Both the position numbers and the translations under genes were made by a program. From Callorhinchus milii (taxonomy: Eukaryota), in the NCBI RefSeq assembly GCF_018977255.1, contig NW_024704744.1, positions 42,780,001 to 42,844,000 of the forward strand: 64,000 nucleotides of DNA. Direction: 5' to 3'. The notes beneath the pieces are model-generated. The model searched no databases. It was not told the DNA's origin and saw nothing but the letters and a program-made list of their open reading frames with translations. Shown here piece after piece: positions 26,136-39,204 of the stretch (the stretch's first letter is position 1; each line of letters begins with the position of its first letter).

Positions 26136-28739
26136 GTAAATATATTGAAGCATTTTTGACCATTCTCCTTCCCCCCACCCCCCTTGCTCCTCCATCCCCA
26201 CTTCAAGTGCTGTGTCAAATGCTGTGTGAAGTCCTTTTACATGAAAGGTGTTATATAAATGTGAATTGTTGTACTCGATTGAATTTAATACTCACTCACT
26301 GTATAACGCCACAATTGTTATCTACATATACTGTATTTGTATGTACAATACACCTTATAGGAGTCAATGTGGCGTCAAGCCAAATGCTGCATCGCCTGAA
26401 TCAAGGTCGGTTTTAACAGGCTGGTCAAAATTCAACCAATTATGTGGATTTAAATTTTCTCTGCCTGGTAAAACTAGAATTTATTTGGGGGAGGGACCTT
26501 TTAGTGGCTTGCAAATGCATTTTAAGAGTATAAAATTGATATTGAATAAATAGTTCATTTGTTTGTATTTGTGCTGGGGTGTGAGGGGTGGGGGGGGCAG
26601 TCTGTGCTGAATTAGTCTGTTACCAGCTGGGAAGATAGGCGTGGGGTGAGCGTAGAGAGACCACTGATGGACACAGATTGTGCGGCATTCTTCCAGTAAC
26701 CATCAGCCAAATCACCTCGAAGGAGCTCTGATTCAGTTGAGCTGATGTTCCTGTGAATTATTGAGTTAATTTCTTAATTAGGGAATCTCATTAAGAATTA
26801 CTGCAAAATTCACCCAATTACCAGTACCTTCATAAATTAAGGTTTAATATACAAGATAAAATAGCTGTTGGTTAAAACAGAATTGGTTTTGAGACTGACC
26901 ATAAAAATCTAGATACAAATTTCTAGCCTATGAGATTTCACTTTTCGCTGAAGAAATGTACGCAGGCTAAACACGTTCTCAGTGGAATTCTGTAATAGTC
27001 TGGGGCTGGAATTAATTCTCATCTTGTTGAGAGCAATTAGGCACATATTTGTTTCAAAATAATTACCAGACATTTGGCGAGAAGCCATTATTTCAATCCT
27101 CATGAAGGAACACAAAAAATAAATTAGTTGTGATTGTATTTATACGGACATTGTACTGTTTGGTACAGACCTAAGATCTTTAGACATGAAGATCTGTACA
27201 GACATGAGGTCCTTACCCTGATACTTATACAGGAATGTAGTCATATACATGTCTAGGAAAAACATTATGGTCCAACTAGCCAGTGCCAAAATTAACAAAA
27301 TAATCACTCAATATCTGTCAAACCCCCAAATTTGACATCATTGTCTAGGCTGATGCTCCAATGCAGTGCTGGAGTGTGCTGCATTTTTGAACATTCGAAA
27401 CACTCTTGTGCTTGTGCAGTCTTAGCATATTGGTTAGAACATTTGCCTCGCAAGCAAGAGGACTTGGGTTCGATTCCCGGGCAGTGCAAAACATTAGGCA
27501 AGTTTCTGTACTCCATACGCCTCTGTTTACCTAGCAGTAAGTAGGAACCCGGTAGTTAGTCAATTGACGGATCGCTTTTCTGGGAAGGATTGATACCCTC
27601 AAATTTTTTTTTAAAAAAATAATAATTTGGTCACGCAATTCATTACTGTTTGTGAGACAGTGCTGTGTGCGATTGGCTGCTGCATTTTGCCCACAAAATA
27701 TACAGTTAATTCACTTCACAGTTTATTCTGTGAAGCACTTTAAGATGTATCGAAGACGTGATAAGGCACTATATGAAATGCACAGATTATTATTATGATA
27801 TTATGATATAGTCACCCAGATATAGTCACTGAATTCTTTTCCCTTGGAGTCATGATATATCAGGAGTTTACTGTATTCTTATAATTTGATTTTTTCACCA
27901 AATAGCTATCTAACAGTTGTATGCATTTGTGAACACAGCCCGCCTGCCTCCTTTGTCTCTCTGGTTAATCTATCTTACAAATTCACAACTTTCTGTGCAA
28001 AATAATTAATTCTGCATTGTCTGTTCGCATTCCTTCTTTTGAGCTCAGCTCCAAGAAGATCCTGCTTACCTCCCCCCTCCCCCACCCCACCCTTCCCATA
28101 GGATAGTTACTAGTTGTTCAAGGTATACAAATGTGGCACTCTCAGTCTGGTTTGGATACTCTTATGCTGATGGGTTTCTGCATTCAGCAGACACCCGACT
28201 AACCAAACAAAATGCTACATAGTTTATGAAATCTCTAAGCCACAGATACAACTCCTTGGTATAAAAAGGGATTTATTAAAGTGAGGCAGGCTTCTGCATG
28301 CTGTGTTAGGAAAACTATGTTTTGAGAAAGACTTCTCAATGCATGTCAATCCTTACATGAAATCTCGTTGAAATAGACCAAACAGACTTTCTGTCCTTAC
28401 CCCTGGAAAACATTTGGTCTCTGCTCAAAGCCTCACTGTAATCACATAGCTCAGACTGGGAACTCATTAAATGGGCCTGATCCATCGCTTACTATTCTGT
28501 GGTATTGTGAAACACAGAGTTTACTCAGTAGCTTGGTTTGGCTGTGATTCTGTGAATCAGCAGTCAAATCCCATTGATTTGGGGATGGAGTTCTATAAAG
28601 CAGGGATACAGCAGCTGAAAGAATGTACAGTACTTTATATACTGTGTTATCTTTCCCATTGTTACGTTGTGGGTATTGTGTATCTGAATATTAATACTGT
28701 AACTTGCAAAGTTTAATAACGTACAGCAACAAATGAAGG

Positions 28740-28930
28740 AAAACGCTCAGTTGGTTAAGCCATTGCCTGGAGTTTAATTGAGCCAAAGAGACTATGTTCT
28801 GTCTTCAATTCCCAGGCTGCACTGAATTAAGTTGATGATCTCAGTGGGAATCACAATATACTGTCCTACAATTACCTCAGCGTTTCTGGCCTAGGGAAGG
28901 GGAAAATCAACCAAGGTTCTTGCTCCACAG
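28740..28930 (+). mobile_element. Old SINE-like family, unassigned (related pieces ~19900-20055 on -; ~26598-26650, 30688-30750, 35405-35535 on +)
   Basis: Recurrent gctcagttggt...tgagcca.acagac...gtctgtgctga.tta..tgatctcag...ctacaatt..cctcag. motif. Confidence 0.5.
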
Positions 28931-29685
28931 AATTTTGAACTAATTATCTCGGCTGACACTCCGATGCAGTGTTGGGGGAGTCCTGCATTGTCGGAGTCTC
29001 GGAAGTACTGTCCATCAAATGAGACATTAAAGCAAGGTCCCATCTGTCTCTTCAAGGTGACATTAAAAATCCCATGACACTATTTGAAAAGAGAAGGAAT
29101 CCCACAACTAAATTTGGTCATTCATATCAAAGCTGTTTGGGGGACATTGCTGTGTGCAAACTGGCTGCTCTAAAAATACACGGTCAATTTATTCACTTGA
29201 AAGAAAAACTCTATGAAGTGCTTTGAAACATTTCAATGTGATAAGAGAAATGCAAGGATTATTACTGAGTATAATTGACCTAGTTAATGCTAGCCAGGGA
29301 GCTGCACTGCCATCATAACCTGTCATACTGTATCTGAAAAAGGAGGCCAGCACATTGGCTCAGATCCTAGTAGTAATCACAATTTATCATCTTGCTGGAT
29401 CTTGTGAAAAATACAACAGTAGGATTTTACACCCTTTATTTACTAATACTGATGAACTTTTTGTCTGCACTTTTTATTGGAAATCCCATTATAATTTTGC
29501 ATTAATCCTGGGAAATCCTGATTTAGTTGCACTGAGGCTGTAGGACACAGGCTATGGTATGGCCCAGACATTCGTGAACCATAAACAGTGTGTATCAGCT
29601 CAGTGATTGGAAAACCGCCACTCAATATTACATTGTAGCAGCACAATCTATCTTAAAAAGTTAACCTTGGCTTGTTTGTGACCAG

Positions 29686-29787
29686 GTATTGGAGTGAAAG
29701 AGGTTTTGCTGACTAAAGGATGTCCAGGCAAAGAAAGCAAATGTGTTGTACGAGTTGAAGAATGCAGAGGGCCTGTTAAATGTGGCT
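29686..29787 (+). CDS. SPACA1: SPACA1-like coding exon 3 (102 nt)
   Basis: Acceptor ttgtttgtgaccag|; (G)[33 protein letters not shown]; donor T|gtgagt. Very close to human SPACA1 [35 protein letters not shown] as recalled, and syntenic with AKIRIN2. Confidence 0.93.
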
Positions 29788-31317
29788 GTGAGTACCTTTT
29801 ATGAACAAAAATAATTTTGTAGGCAAAGTAGATTTATCCAAGTTGTAAAATCAGTATTGTATTTGCTATTGCTCATTCACAGATGCTATTCAAAGATGTA
29901 CATTTTTATTGGAAATCCCATGTACAAAATATCCCTGAATAACCTAATTTATGTATTTCACAAAATGCCTTTGCATTAGAGAGATGGGTGAGTATAAAAA
30001 AAGAATAACATTTGGATTTGTGGCTGATACATGTACCGCAAGAAACATTGGTTTTACCATCCAAATCCATAAAATTAGCAAATATTACAAATAAGTTTGA
30101 TAAGAATAAATAAGAGGTGTTTAAAATAAAATAAAGTCGATCTATTGGCTACAAGAAACTGAAGACCATTGAGGCCATCCTTCATCACATTGATCAGATC
30201 CCGATTCATGGCATTGTCACCCTCCTCCTGTCTCAGTTCTAAATCCACACTCCTTTCTCCTGTTGAATCAGAAATCTTTCCCATTCATTTTAAATTCTTT
30301 AACTAATTCAGCATTCATTGTGTTATAGGCATTCATCTACAAATATGCAGTCACTACACAGTAAATCCTGTGAAGTACGTTGAAACATTTCAACAACATG
30401 ATAACACACTATATCAAATGCAAGGATTATTATTATTTTAATTGGCATATGTCCATGCCTATAAATTTGACATTTTATAACAGATTGATAATAATCACAG
30501 ATTCATAATTAAAACATGCAGTCTTTTATGAGATGGTACATTTTTTGCCTCATTATTTCTCAATTTAAATACACACAGTCGCATCATGTTATAATACTGT
30601 ATATCCAGTGAAGCACTTTGAGATGTCTGGACTATGTGATAAGGTACAACATTAAATGCAAGCAATATTATTAATTTGTATTTTACATGCTCAGTTGGCT
30701 AAACTACCACCTAGAATAAAAACTGAGACATACAGACCCAGAAGGATTAGTATGTGCATTTCTTATCTTTTATTCTGATTTGTTATGTCGATTCTTTAGC
30801 TTCTAATCATGACTCCTTGGCTGTACATAAAGAATCTCTCCACTCTAATTTTCCCTATAATATTAAAAGCTTCAACAAAGCTCCCTTCCCATCTTAGCCT
30901 TTTACTTCAAAAGAACACAATTGATATTCCAAGGCCTGTCATTCAAGCTGTGATTAAAGACACATCATCATTCTTGCTGCCCATGTTTAAATCCTTTGCA
31001 GTGCTTCTATGTATTTCATGGTATGGTGTCCAAAAATAATACTCCAAGTATGGTTTTACCAATTCTTTCCAGAGTGTCGTGTCTTTGAATTTATACTTTG
31101 TAAATAAGTCTACTTTTACACTTACATTAAAATGGCTATGCAACCACCATTTTACAGCATTAGAACAAACTTATTGCTTCGGTCAACTTGCACACCCAAA
31201 TTGTTTCCCTGTCATTTGAGTTACTGGTAAACCCATTATTATGGAATTATGTAATCATCAATTATTTAAAAATCCATAATGCCGACACACTGGGATTCTC
31301 CATTTTGAGTTGAGTGG

Positions 31318-31690
31318 TGTCAGCCTGGCACAGCTGGTAGCACTCACATCTGTGAGTCAGAAGGTTGTTGTTTCAATGCCCATTCTCATAATCTAGGTTG
31401 AGTCTCCAGCAAAGTGCTGGGGGAGTGTTGCATTGTGCGAAGTGTCGTGTTTCAGATCTAAACGTTAAATCAAGGTCTCATCTATCTGCTTAGGTGGATG
31501 TTAAAGATCCCAATGGTACTATTGAAAAAGAGAAGAGAGTTTCTCCCAGCATCCTAGCCAACTCTCCCCCGGAAAAAGTTAGTCATTCACTTCATGACTG
31601 TTTTTGGGACATTGCTGTACGCAAATGAAGTGTTTTGAGATGTTTGTCAATGTGATGAGCCGCTATTCCAAATGCAAGGATTACAATGAA
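31318..31690 (+). mobile_element. Deu-domain SINE (other copies ~25500-25790, 28950-29268, 33110-33365, 36498-36850, 51026-51450, 61508-61825, 63877-64000 on +; ~36925-37135, 45025-45270, 46670-46910 on -)
   Basis: Same head, core and tail as 6468-6872, visible by direct comparison between copies. Confidence 0.75.
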
Positions 31691-34061
31691 TATTATTCCA
31701 TCAGTGATGTATTTTCAATTACCAGAATGAGTGTCCAATCTTTAATTAACAAATCCCATGAAGAAATACCACAACATTGATTCCATACATATTTGCTATT
31801 CTTGGTGCCAACAAACATTTATCAACATCAAATGCTATTTATCACATTCCTTTCCCATAGCTAACTTTTTACAAAGGCCTGAAATTTCACCTAGTCTCAC
31901 AGCCTGTAAGACTATCTTGTCTTAATATTTGAGATCACACAGACTTGTGGAAAATTCTTTAGTTCAACTTTAATTTGGAAGCCGTTTTTCTGCAGTTCTA
32001 AAAAAAAGCTTCAAAATCAAAGTTGAATTTAGGAATTTTCCACAATTTTGCATGATTTTAAGACAAAATGACCTCATAAATTGAGACAAGGTGGAATTCC
32101 TGAAACTACAGGAGTTCATCTGCTCCATTTGCTCAATGGAGCAACTATGTAAATTGGCAGTAAGTGCTATTCCGCTCTGTTTGTTAAGTTTAATGAATTT
32201 GTCCATGTGGGTTTATAGGTAAATAAAGACTTTTTTTACATTCATAAATAACTAAAAATTGCATTAGTATAAACAGCACATGGACACATTTGCTAGAGAA
32301 CGGAACAGAGTAATGCTCTATTATGCTCTTCTGTTTACAATTCCACCTTTATTATTTGAGTTTCCAGCTTTATCTACAAGTCTCTTGAGCTATGTGCAAT
32401 ATAAATTATACTGTTTGTATTCTGAACTCTGTTGCATCCTCAAATAATATGGATAAATTTGGTAGGCACATTTAATAAACCCACATTGGCCTGAATTTAT
32501 TGGCTTAAATGGCACTAAAAGGGCTTAAATGCTTTTTCATAATTTAATTTCCACTGTAGCTGTGAAATTGGTTGATATAATAATAATCAGGATTATCCTT
32601 CAGAGCTATTTTTATCCTTCTAATATCCACCACAGTTTCCAATGAGCTTTATGGAAATTTCTGCGATTATACATTTCATATCTTCTGCCTTTTCTTCAGT
32701 ACACTCAGATGTATTGAGTACAAGATTAGTCCTGTTATGAGTTTCAGTGTCTTAATGATGGTCATTGTTGACCAAACTATTTTCTCCATTATCCTAGATG
32801 TATTGCCTGCACTTTAATTACTGGAATGGAAGTACTATCAATATCTTCTATAATTTCAAAAGAATTGGGACAATATAAGTCAAGTATTCTCTCACACAGG
32901 TTACCACCCCCAATATCTCATCTTTTGTATCCTTTTGTATAACTTTTCATTTTTGTATCTAGCCTGATGTAGACATGGCCACGTAATCTCTCTTTTTTTC
33001 CCCCTATGGCCTATCAGATTTGTCATTCCAATTCTCTCTTTTTACCCCACTAATCTTCTCTTGCCATTTCTTTCAAACATTTTCCAATTCTTCTTCCAGT
33101 TTGTTATTTGGCCTACACTCCAGCACAGAGCTGGAGGAGCACTGCATTGTCGGAGATGATGTTAATCTAAGGTCCTGTCTGCCTGTTCGTGTGCATGTTA
33201 AAAATCCCATTGACTATTTGAAAAAAGAAATGAGTTTCTCCCAGTATCTTGGCCAACAATCCCCCAAATAAAATGGATCATACACTTAATGGTCGTTTGT
33301 GAGACATTGCTGTGCACAAATTGGCTGCCTAGTTTGCCTACAAAATACACAGTCACTACACTGCCAGTACTGGACCCCAATATGTGCATAAAAATTAAAT
33401 AAGCCTTTTAAAAAAGTTACATCCAGTGAATGTACCTCTTGAATGATCCCTAGCTCGATTCTATTTTAATTCTGAGTAATTAAAATTGTCTGTAATTAGA
33501 ATCTTGCCTTTCCCTAGGGTACTTATTTGTTGAGATAATTCATGATCATTTTGTCCTTCTACCTCAGTGATCTAAAATAATCACCAATTAAATTCCTTCC
33601 CTTTTTGTTACATGTTGCACCTAAATTCATCGGACCTCCCAGCTACCTTTCAATAGTTGTCTGATGTTAGCTAGCAATGTTTAAAACACCTTTTCTGTCC
33701 TTTCAAAGTATCTTGAGAAATATATAGAGAACAGTTTCTCCCCATGTTCTGACCAACAATCCCCCAGATAAAATTTGTTATTCAGTTCATGGCTGTTTGT
33801 GAAACAAATTGGCTTCCATGTTTGCCTACAAAATAGAGAAAATAGAAAAGACGCATATATTACGGCAAAAACACAAAAATATGCACACATAGGAAGAAAC
33901 ATTTGTCTACAAAACACACGGTCACAAATTTTTACTTTAAATCCTGTGAAGCGCTTTGAGACGTCCTCATGACATCAAAGGTGCTGTATCAAATGCAAGG
34001 ATAACTATATAGATGCAAGTTGTATTATTACTACTACTATTATTATTGTTTATATTCAGCT

Positions 34062-34437
34062 ACAACAACAACAACAGTTGGGTCAGGACCCGAGCAGGGG
34101 GAAATGGTCAGGGTGAGGGGAGGGAAGGGAGGGAGCGAGGAGGGGGTAGAGAGTCGAGAGGGGAGCTGAAGGCACGGTCAAAGAGAAAGGTCTTGAGACC
34201 GGCCTTGAAGGAGGAAAGGGAGGAAGCAAGGCGAAGGCACTGGGGGATAGAGTACCAGAGCCTCGGGGCTGAGAGGCTGAAGGCCCGGCCACCGATGGTA
34301 GGACGGTTGGGGCGGGGGATGTGGAGCAGTCCGCAGCCAGAGGAACGCAGGGTACGAGCAGGTAAGTAGGGGGATAGTAGGTCAGAGAGGTAGGAGGGAG
34401 CAAGGCCATGAATGGGATGAGGATGAGGATCTTGAAT
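34062..34437 (-). mobile_element. L2-clade LINE 3' fragment, same family as 21905-22608
   Basis: Reverse complement aligns closely to about 22170-22545. Confidence 0.88.
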
Positions 34438-37400
34438 TCGAGCTAGTTCCTCTACTGGGCAATGCCCAGCATATCATGGTTTAACTGAGAGAATAGCGGA
34501 ATAAAAACATTTTCCTGATATGCATCCCACCAGTCTGGGTAAAAAAAATAACTATTGGTGTGAATTGCTAGAATTACAACCTTATTTCTGATTTTCCATT
34601 CTTTGGAAAATAACTTTGAAAAACTGAAACATAGAAGTATGTAGAACATTACAGCATAGAAACAGGCCATTTGACCCAATTAATCTGTGCCAGTGTTTTT
34701 TCTCCACATAAATCTCCACTCCATGCTAGTCCAAGTTGGATAGCAGAATGCACCATTGGCGGCAGTGCTTTCAGCCACTATGCCCCGGAACTTGAACTTG
34801 CTGCTTCAATCCCTCTGCCTTGCCTCCTTCCTTGCCCATCTACAAGATCGCAACTGAAGACCTTCCTTTTTGACCCTGCTGGTCACCTCCCCTCTATCTC
34901 TGACTCGGCATCAAGCAATGCCATTATTAAGCACTCCAAGACAATATCTTGCATGAAAGACACTGTTATAATACCCCTATAATTTCGTTGATGCTTTCTG
35001 CTTTAACCACAACTTCCAGCTTTGAGTTCCACATTCTTACCACTCTCTCCATAAAGAAGTTCCTCTTAAACTCATCCCGTTTAGATCTCCTACTGGCTAC
35101 CTTACAATTACATCCCTCCTTTTGGATTCACCAACAAGTGAAAACAGCCTATAAGTGTCCATGGCAATGTTCAGGACCAGAAAAGAGAATTAAGAACTTT
35201 TTGTCTGGTTTCATTTTCAAAATAACATTTCTTCCTATCTTCTATATGCCACGATGCACTTTGCCATTAAAACACTATCCAATTCCATCTTGAAACTACT
35301 CACACACTGTAGTGTATAGGCAAGATTATATTGTTAGACATGGACCACCTTGATTTGAAGACAACTGGGAATTCAGTCATGTGTTTACAATCCAATGGAA
35401 GTTTGCCTGGCTGGTAAAATCACTGGCTAATGTGAAACTGATCTGTACAGACTTGGTAAACCCCAGATTTGATCCACAGTTTATTTTGACTTATCTCAAC
35501 CAGGGCAATGGTAGGATTGCTACAGTTGACCTCAGTATCAAGGGTTAAAGGAGTGAGAAACAATTCAGGGTTTACTGTGCCTGACTGACTTCTGTTGGCA
35601 AGTGTGTGTTTGTGAAAATCTTGGTGATTGAGCCTGTATGTGATGCTCATCATAGAACACAATATTGCATCAACTGTTATTAGCATTTTGACAATTTGAC
35701 TACCTTTGATATTTCCAAGGCTGTTTGGATAAAAAGGTCAATAATTCTCAGACATATGGTTAGACACTCAGGCATATGGTTAGATCTATCACTGATCCCA
35801 CGTGGTACCAGTTGGTGGTAAACATAAAAGCATTTGATGAACTTTCTTCCTGCTGTCACCTCTTCTCCATATATTTAAGACTTCCACATCAATTTTATTT
35901 TTACTGAGAAAAGTGGGTGAAAGATAACAGAAACATGAGAGGTTGAGCAGCCTTTTACTGTACTGCAAACATCCTATGAGTAGGAGAGATGACAAGATAA
36001 ATGAAGAAACAGTGATTAAGTGAGATCAAGCGTATGTTTTCCTTAAAACTTGCAGGTTGCAGGAAACCTGAGGCGCTAAAAAAGATTGAGGTTGAAAAAC
36101 ACTCCCTTACATTTGACTTTGGGCTCCGAATCCTGCTGCCATCCCTGGACACCTTTCTTTGTCATTCGAGTTGTTATGTATACACATATGTTGTCTGTTT
36201 TTCAGTCTATTAATGTCCTTATGTCTTCGATATAATTCATGGCTATTTAATCCTGATGTTTAAGATTGTAGTCTTAGAATCGAGTCTCTATTCCTAGTTT
36301 CGGTGTTATTTTTACGTTGTATTTAGAAAACATTTTTTTAAAAATAATTCTCCTCAGGAAAGTGGTAATATTACTTGCCTCAGCAAAAGCACCTCAGGAT
36401 GTAAATTGAGTCCAATTGAAGGGAAACTCAAGTATGTCATGCTGACTTGTGACACCTCAGCTCTGAGCTGAGCTCTTGCAAGTCAGAGTACTTGTGAGTG
36501 TCAGCTTGGCTCAGTTGGAAGTGCTCTCACCTCGGAGATAGAAGGTTACAGGTTCAAGCCCCACATTGGGACTTTAAGTTCATAGTCTTGGCTGAGATCA
36601 GTATAGTGTTAGGGGAGTGCTGCTTCATCAGATGTCATCATTCAAATGAAACATTCCCGTCTGTCTGTTCAGACGACCATTAAAGGTCCTGTGACATTAT
36701 TCGAGAAGAGAAAGGAGTTTATCATGGTGTTCTGACTATCTCGATAAAATTGATTATTCACTTCGTGGCTGTTTGTGGGACATTGCTGGATGCAAATTGG
36801 TTGACTGTGTTTGTCTACAAAATATACAGTCACTGCACTTCACAGTAAATCAGGTTACAGTACTTTTGATTAAATCATGCCTGGAGACACTTTGATGACC
36901 CAGCAACTTCTCTCAAAATGGCCATGAAGTGAATGGTCAATTTTTTCTGGGGGATTGTTGACCAGTACACAAGGAGAAACTCCCTTTTCTTTTCAGATAA
37001 TACCATAGGATCTTTACCATCCACCTAAATGGGCTGACAGGAATTTGGCATGACATCCTCAGGACAGAACCTCTGGCAAGGCAGTGCTCTCCCAGTACAA
37101 ACCAGTTGCTCAAAGTCCTGATGTGGGGCTTGAATTATGTTCCGTGATTATCCTTCTTAATTCTAATAACTTTCAATCCACTTCTTGTATATTTATCCTT
37201 TTTTAAAGGAAGTTAATTGCATTTCATTGACCACTGTCTGGAGCTTTAACTGAGACATGTTTGCTAAAGCTCTGAGAGATGAAGTAAAAAGCACACAGCA
37301 GCTTTAGTTTTGCACTCCTCTCGTTTAGTTCTTGCAAACAGTATTGGATATAATACACAAGACGACATTGGTTTAGAGTTACAAAAACAATTTCAGGATA

Positions 37401-39204
37401 GACACCAGGAAGTATTTTTTCATCAGAGGGTAATTAACAGGAACAGGTTACCAGTAAGGTTGGTTGAAACCAGGCTGTTGGCCTCATTTAAAAAACAGTT
37501 TGAGGCTGTGATGGGAGGGTGGATATTCTATAATATTAGAATGACTCCCATGAAAACCTACACCACTAGGTACCAATTCAGAGACTTTGGTGTAATAATA
37601 ATCCTTGCATTTGATTTAGTATCTTATCACGTCTTTGAGAAGCCTCAAATCGCTTCACAGAATATACTGTATAAAGTGAATTGACTGTATATTTTGTGGG
37701 CGTATATTCTGGAAGAATGAGATCAAATGGGCCAAAGGACCTTCTTCATCTGACGTAATCTTGTGATATAATAAGTGGGGAGTGAGATGTGAAATAATCT
37801 GCAGGACGCTATTGCTTTTGTGTTGCTGGAGAGAGAGGAGAGAAAGAGGTCAATGTGGAATAGTTGAGATGTAGGGGGAGGGGTGGAATAATGTTCTAAC
37901 ATTTTTGTTTGATTGACTTTTGGAGTTTGAGGTATATGTAACTGAAGGTTTCCCCAGGAGATATAGTGAGGAACTAAATTGCATTTTTCTTGTCAGTGCA
38001 ATCTTAGGTTTTTTATTCCACATCTCCTGGGAATGCTCCTGAGTGGGACTAAACTAACAAATAGTGATGGGACAGCACAACCCAGTGGTTGTTTTCCTAT
38101 TAATCGCCTGAAGCTGTGAAGTGAAAAGCAATCAACACATATATGTATGTTGATCTTTCCTCTCCGTGTGCAATCGAATGAGAACAAATATTTCCCTGAA
38201 TGTGCTTTGTTGTGTCTGGATCAGCTCTTGGCTATCGCCTTCCCACAATGTGTTAAGTGTCTGTTTCTGCTCTGTGAAAAAGGTGGAATGTGGACAATCT
38301 CTGCATTTTGTTTTCTTTGCACTATTTATATTGTGCACTGTGCATCGTTCTGAGACGCTATCCTGTGCGAAAGACACTATTTTAATGCAAGTTGTCGTTC
38401 TTCTTATATTGTGGTATTGCAATATAAATTATGTGACTTACCTCCTGAGGCACGTATCAACTATGTCCTGAGTTGTGCCTTTATCACAGAAGCAATGATC
38501 AGGACTTCAGGCAACAGTGCAGGAGACTGCAGGGATATCCCTCTTACTGTTTAACCTGCCTTTTCTATTCTGACCCCTTCTACACTGTATAGTGCCTTGT
38601 TATAACTCTACAGTTTCGTTTTTACTCTGTAATTATACCTCCCACAGCTGTAGAGATGGCCTTAAATACTATTACAGCAAGTTCAGAACAACAATACCTA
38701 TCTGGAACATTCTGAGCTGCAAAATTGCTGAGAGGATTGTGGTTATGAACTCAGCCACTAGGTGTACACAAGATATTGCTGTTCACAACATTTAAATAAG
38801 ACCAGGTAGTGGAGGAAACAAAGGCAGCAAATATAACCTTAAAAGGAATTTGTCCTTTTTTTTGCAGAATTTTATCATTAAAATAATATTTGTTGAATGC
38901 ATTGTTTTTGGTCTGCTGGGTATCGGATACATGCGGAAACCCACCATCATGCTTAAGAGTATGCAAAGGTTCACAGGAGCTGAGTGGGAAGACTCCCTGC
39001 TCCCAATGAGTGGTCTGCTCCTCCAAGTCATGCCGATGATGGCTAGAATTCTGTGGAGCCATTTGACTAAGAAATTGGGCTAGGGCGACCCTGTTTATTT
39101 CTCGCCTCCCTAGAGGATATTCACTAATGGCCATTTGCTATCTAACAAAGGCAGGTTTCAGCCCTTGCTAGGTGACTAGCAGGGACTCCTTGCAAGCTTC
39201 ATAA

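Noticed and set aside
29883-29987. Exon-like segment just after exon 3 (attcacag| ... gg|gtgagt)
   Set aside because: Stop codons in all three frames and no SPACA1 similarity. At most a cryptic or non-coding exon.
31861-31932. QPVRLSCLNI motif resembling SPACA1 SVRLACIH
   Set aside because: Wrong phase relative to the nearest acceptor and immediately followed by a stop; likely chance.
36056-36470. Two acceptor-led open stretches (CRKPEALKKIEVEKHSLTF; ESGNITC...LKYVMLTCDT) with faint SPACA1-like words
   Set aside because: Similarity is too weak. The second gives an immediate TGA if joined in the required phase 1.
38868-38968. Hydrophobic stretch after a good acceptor (NFIIKIIFVECIVFGLLGIGY) as a possible transmembrane exon
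   Set aside because: It contains charged residues within the span, lacks the SPACA1 TM context, has no convincing donor, and the intervening exons were not found.
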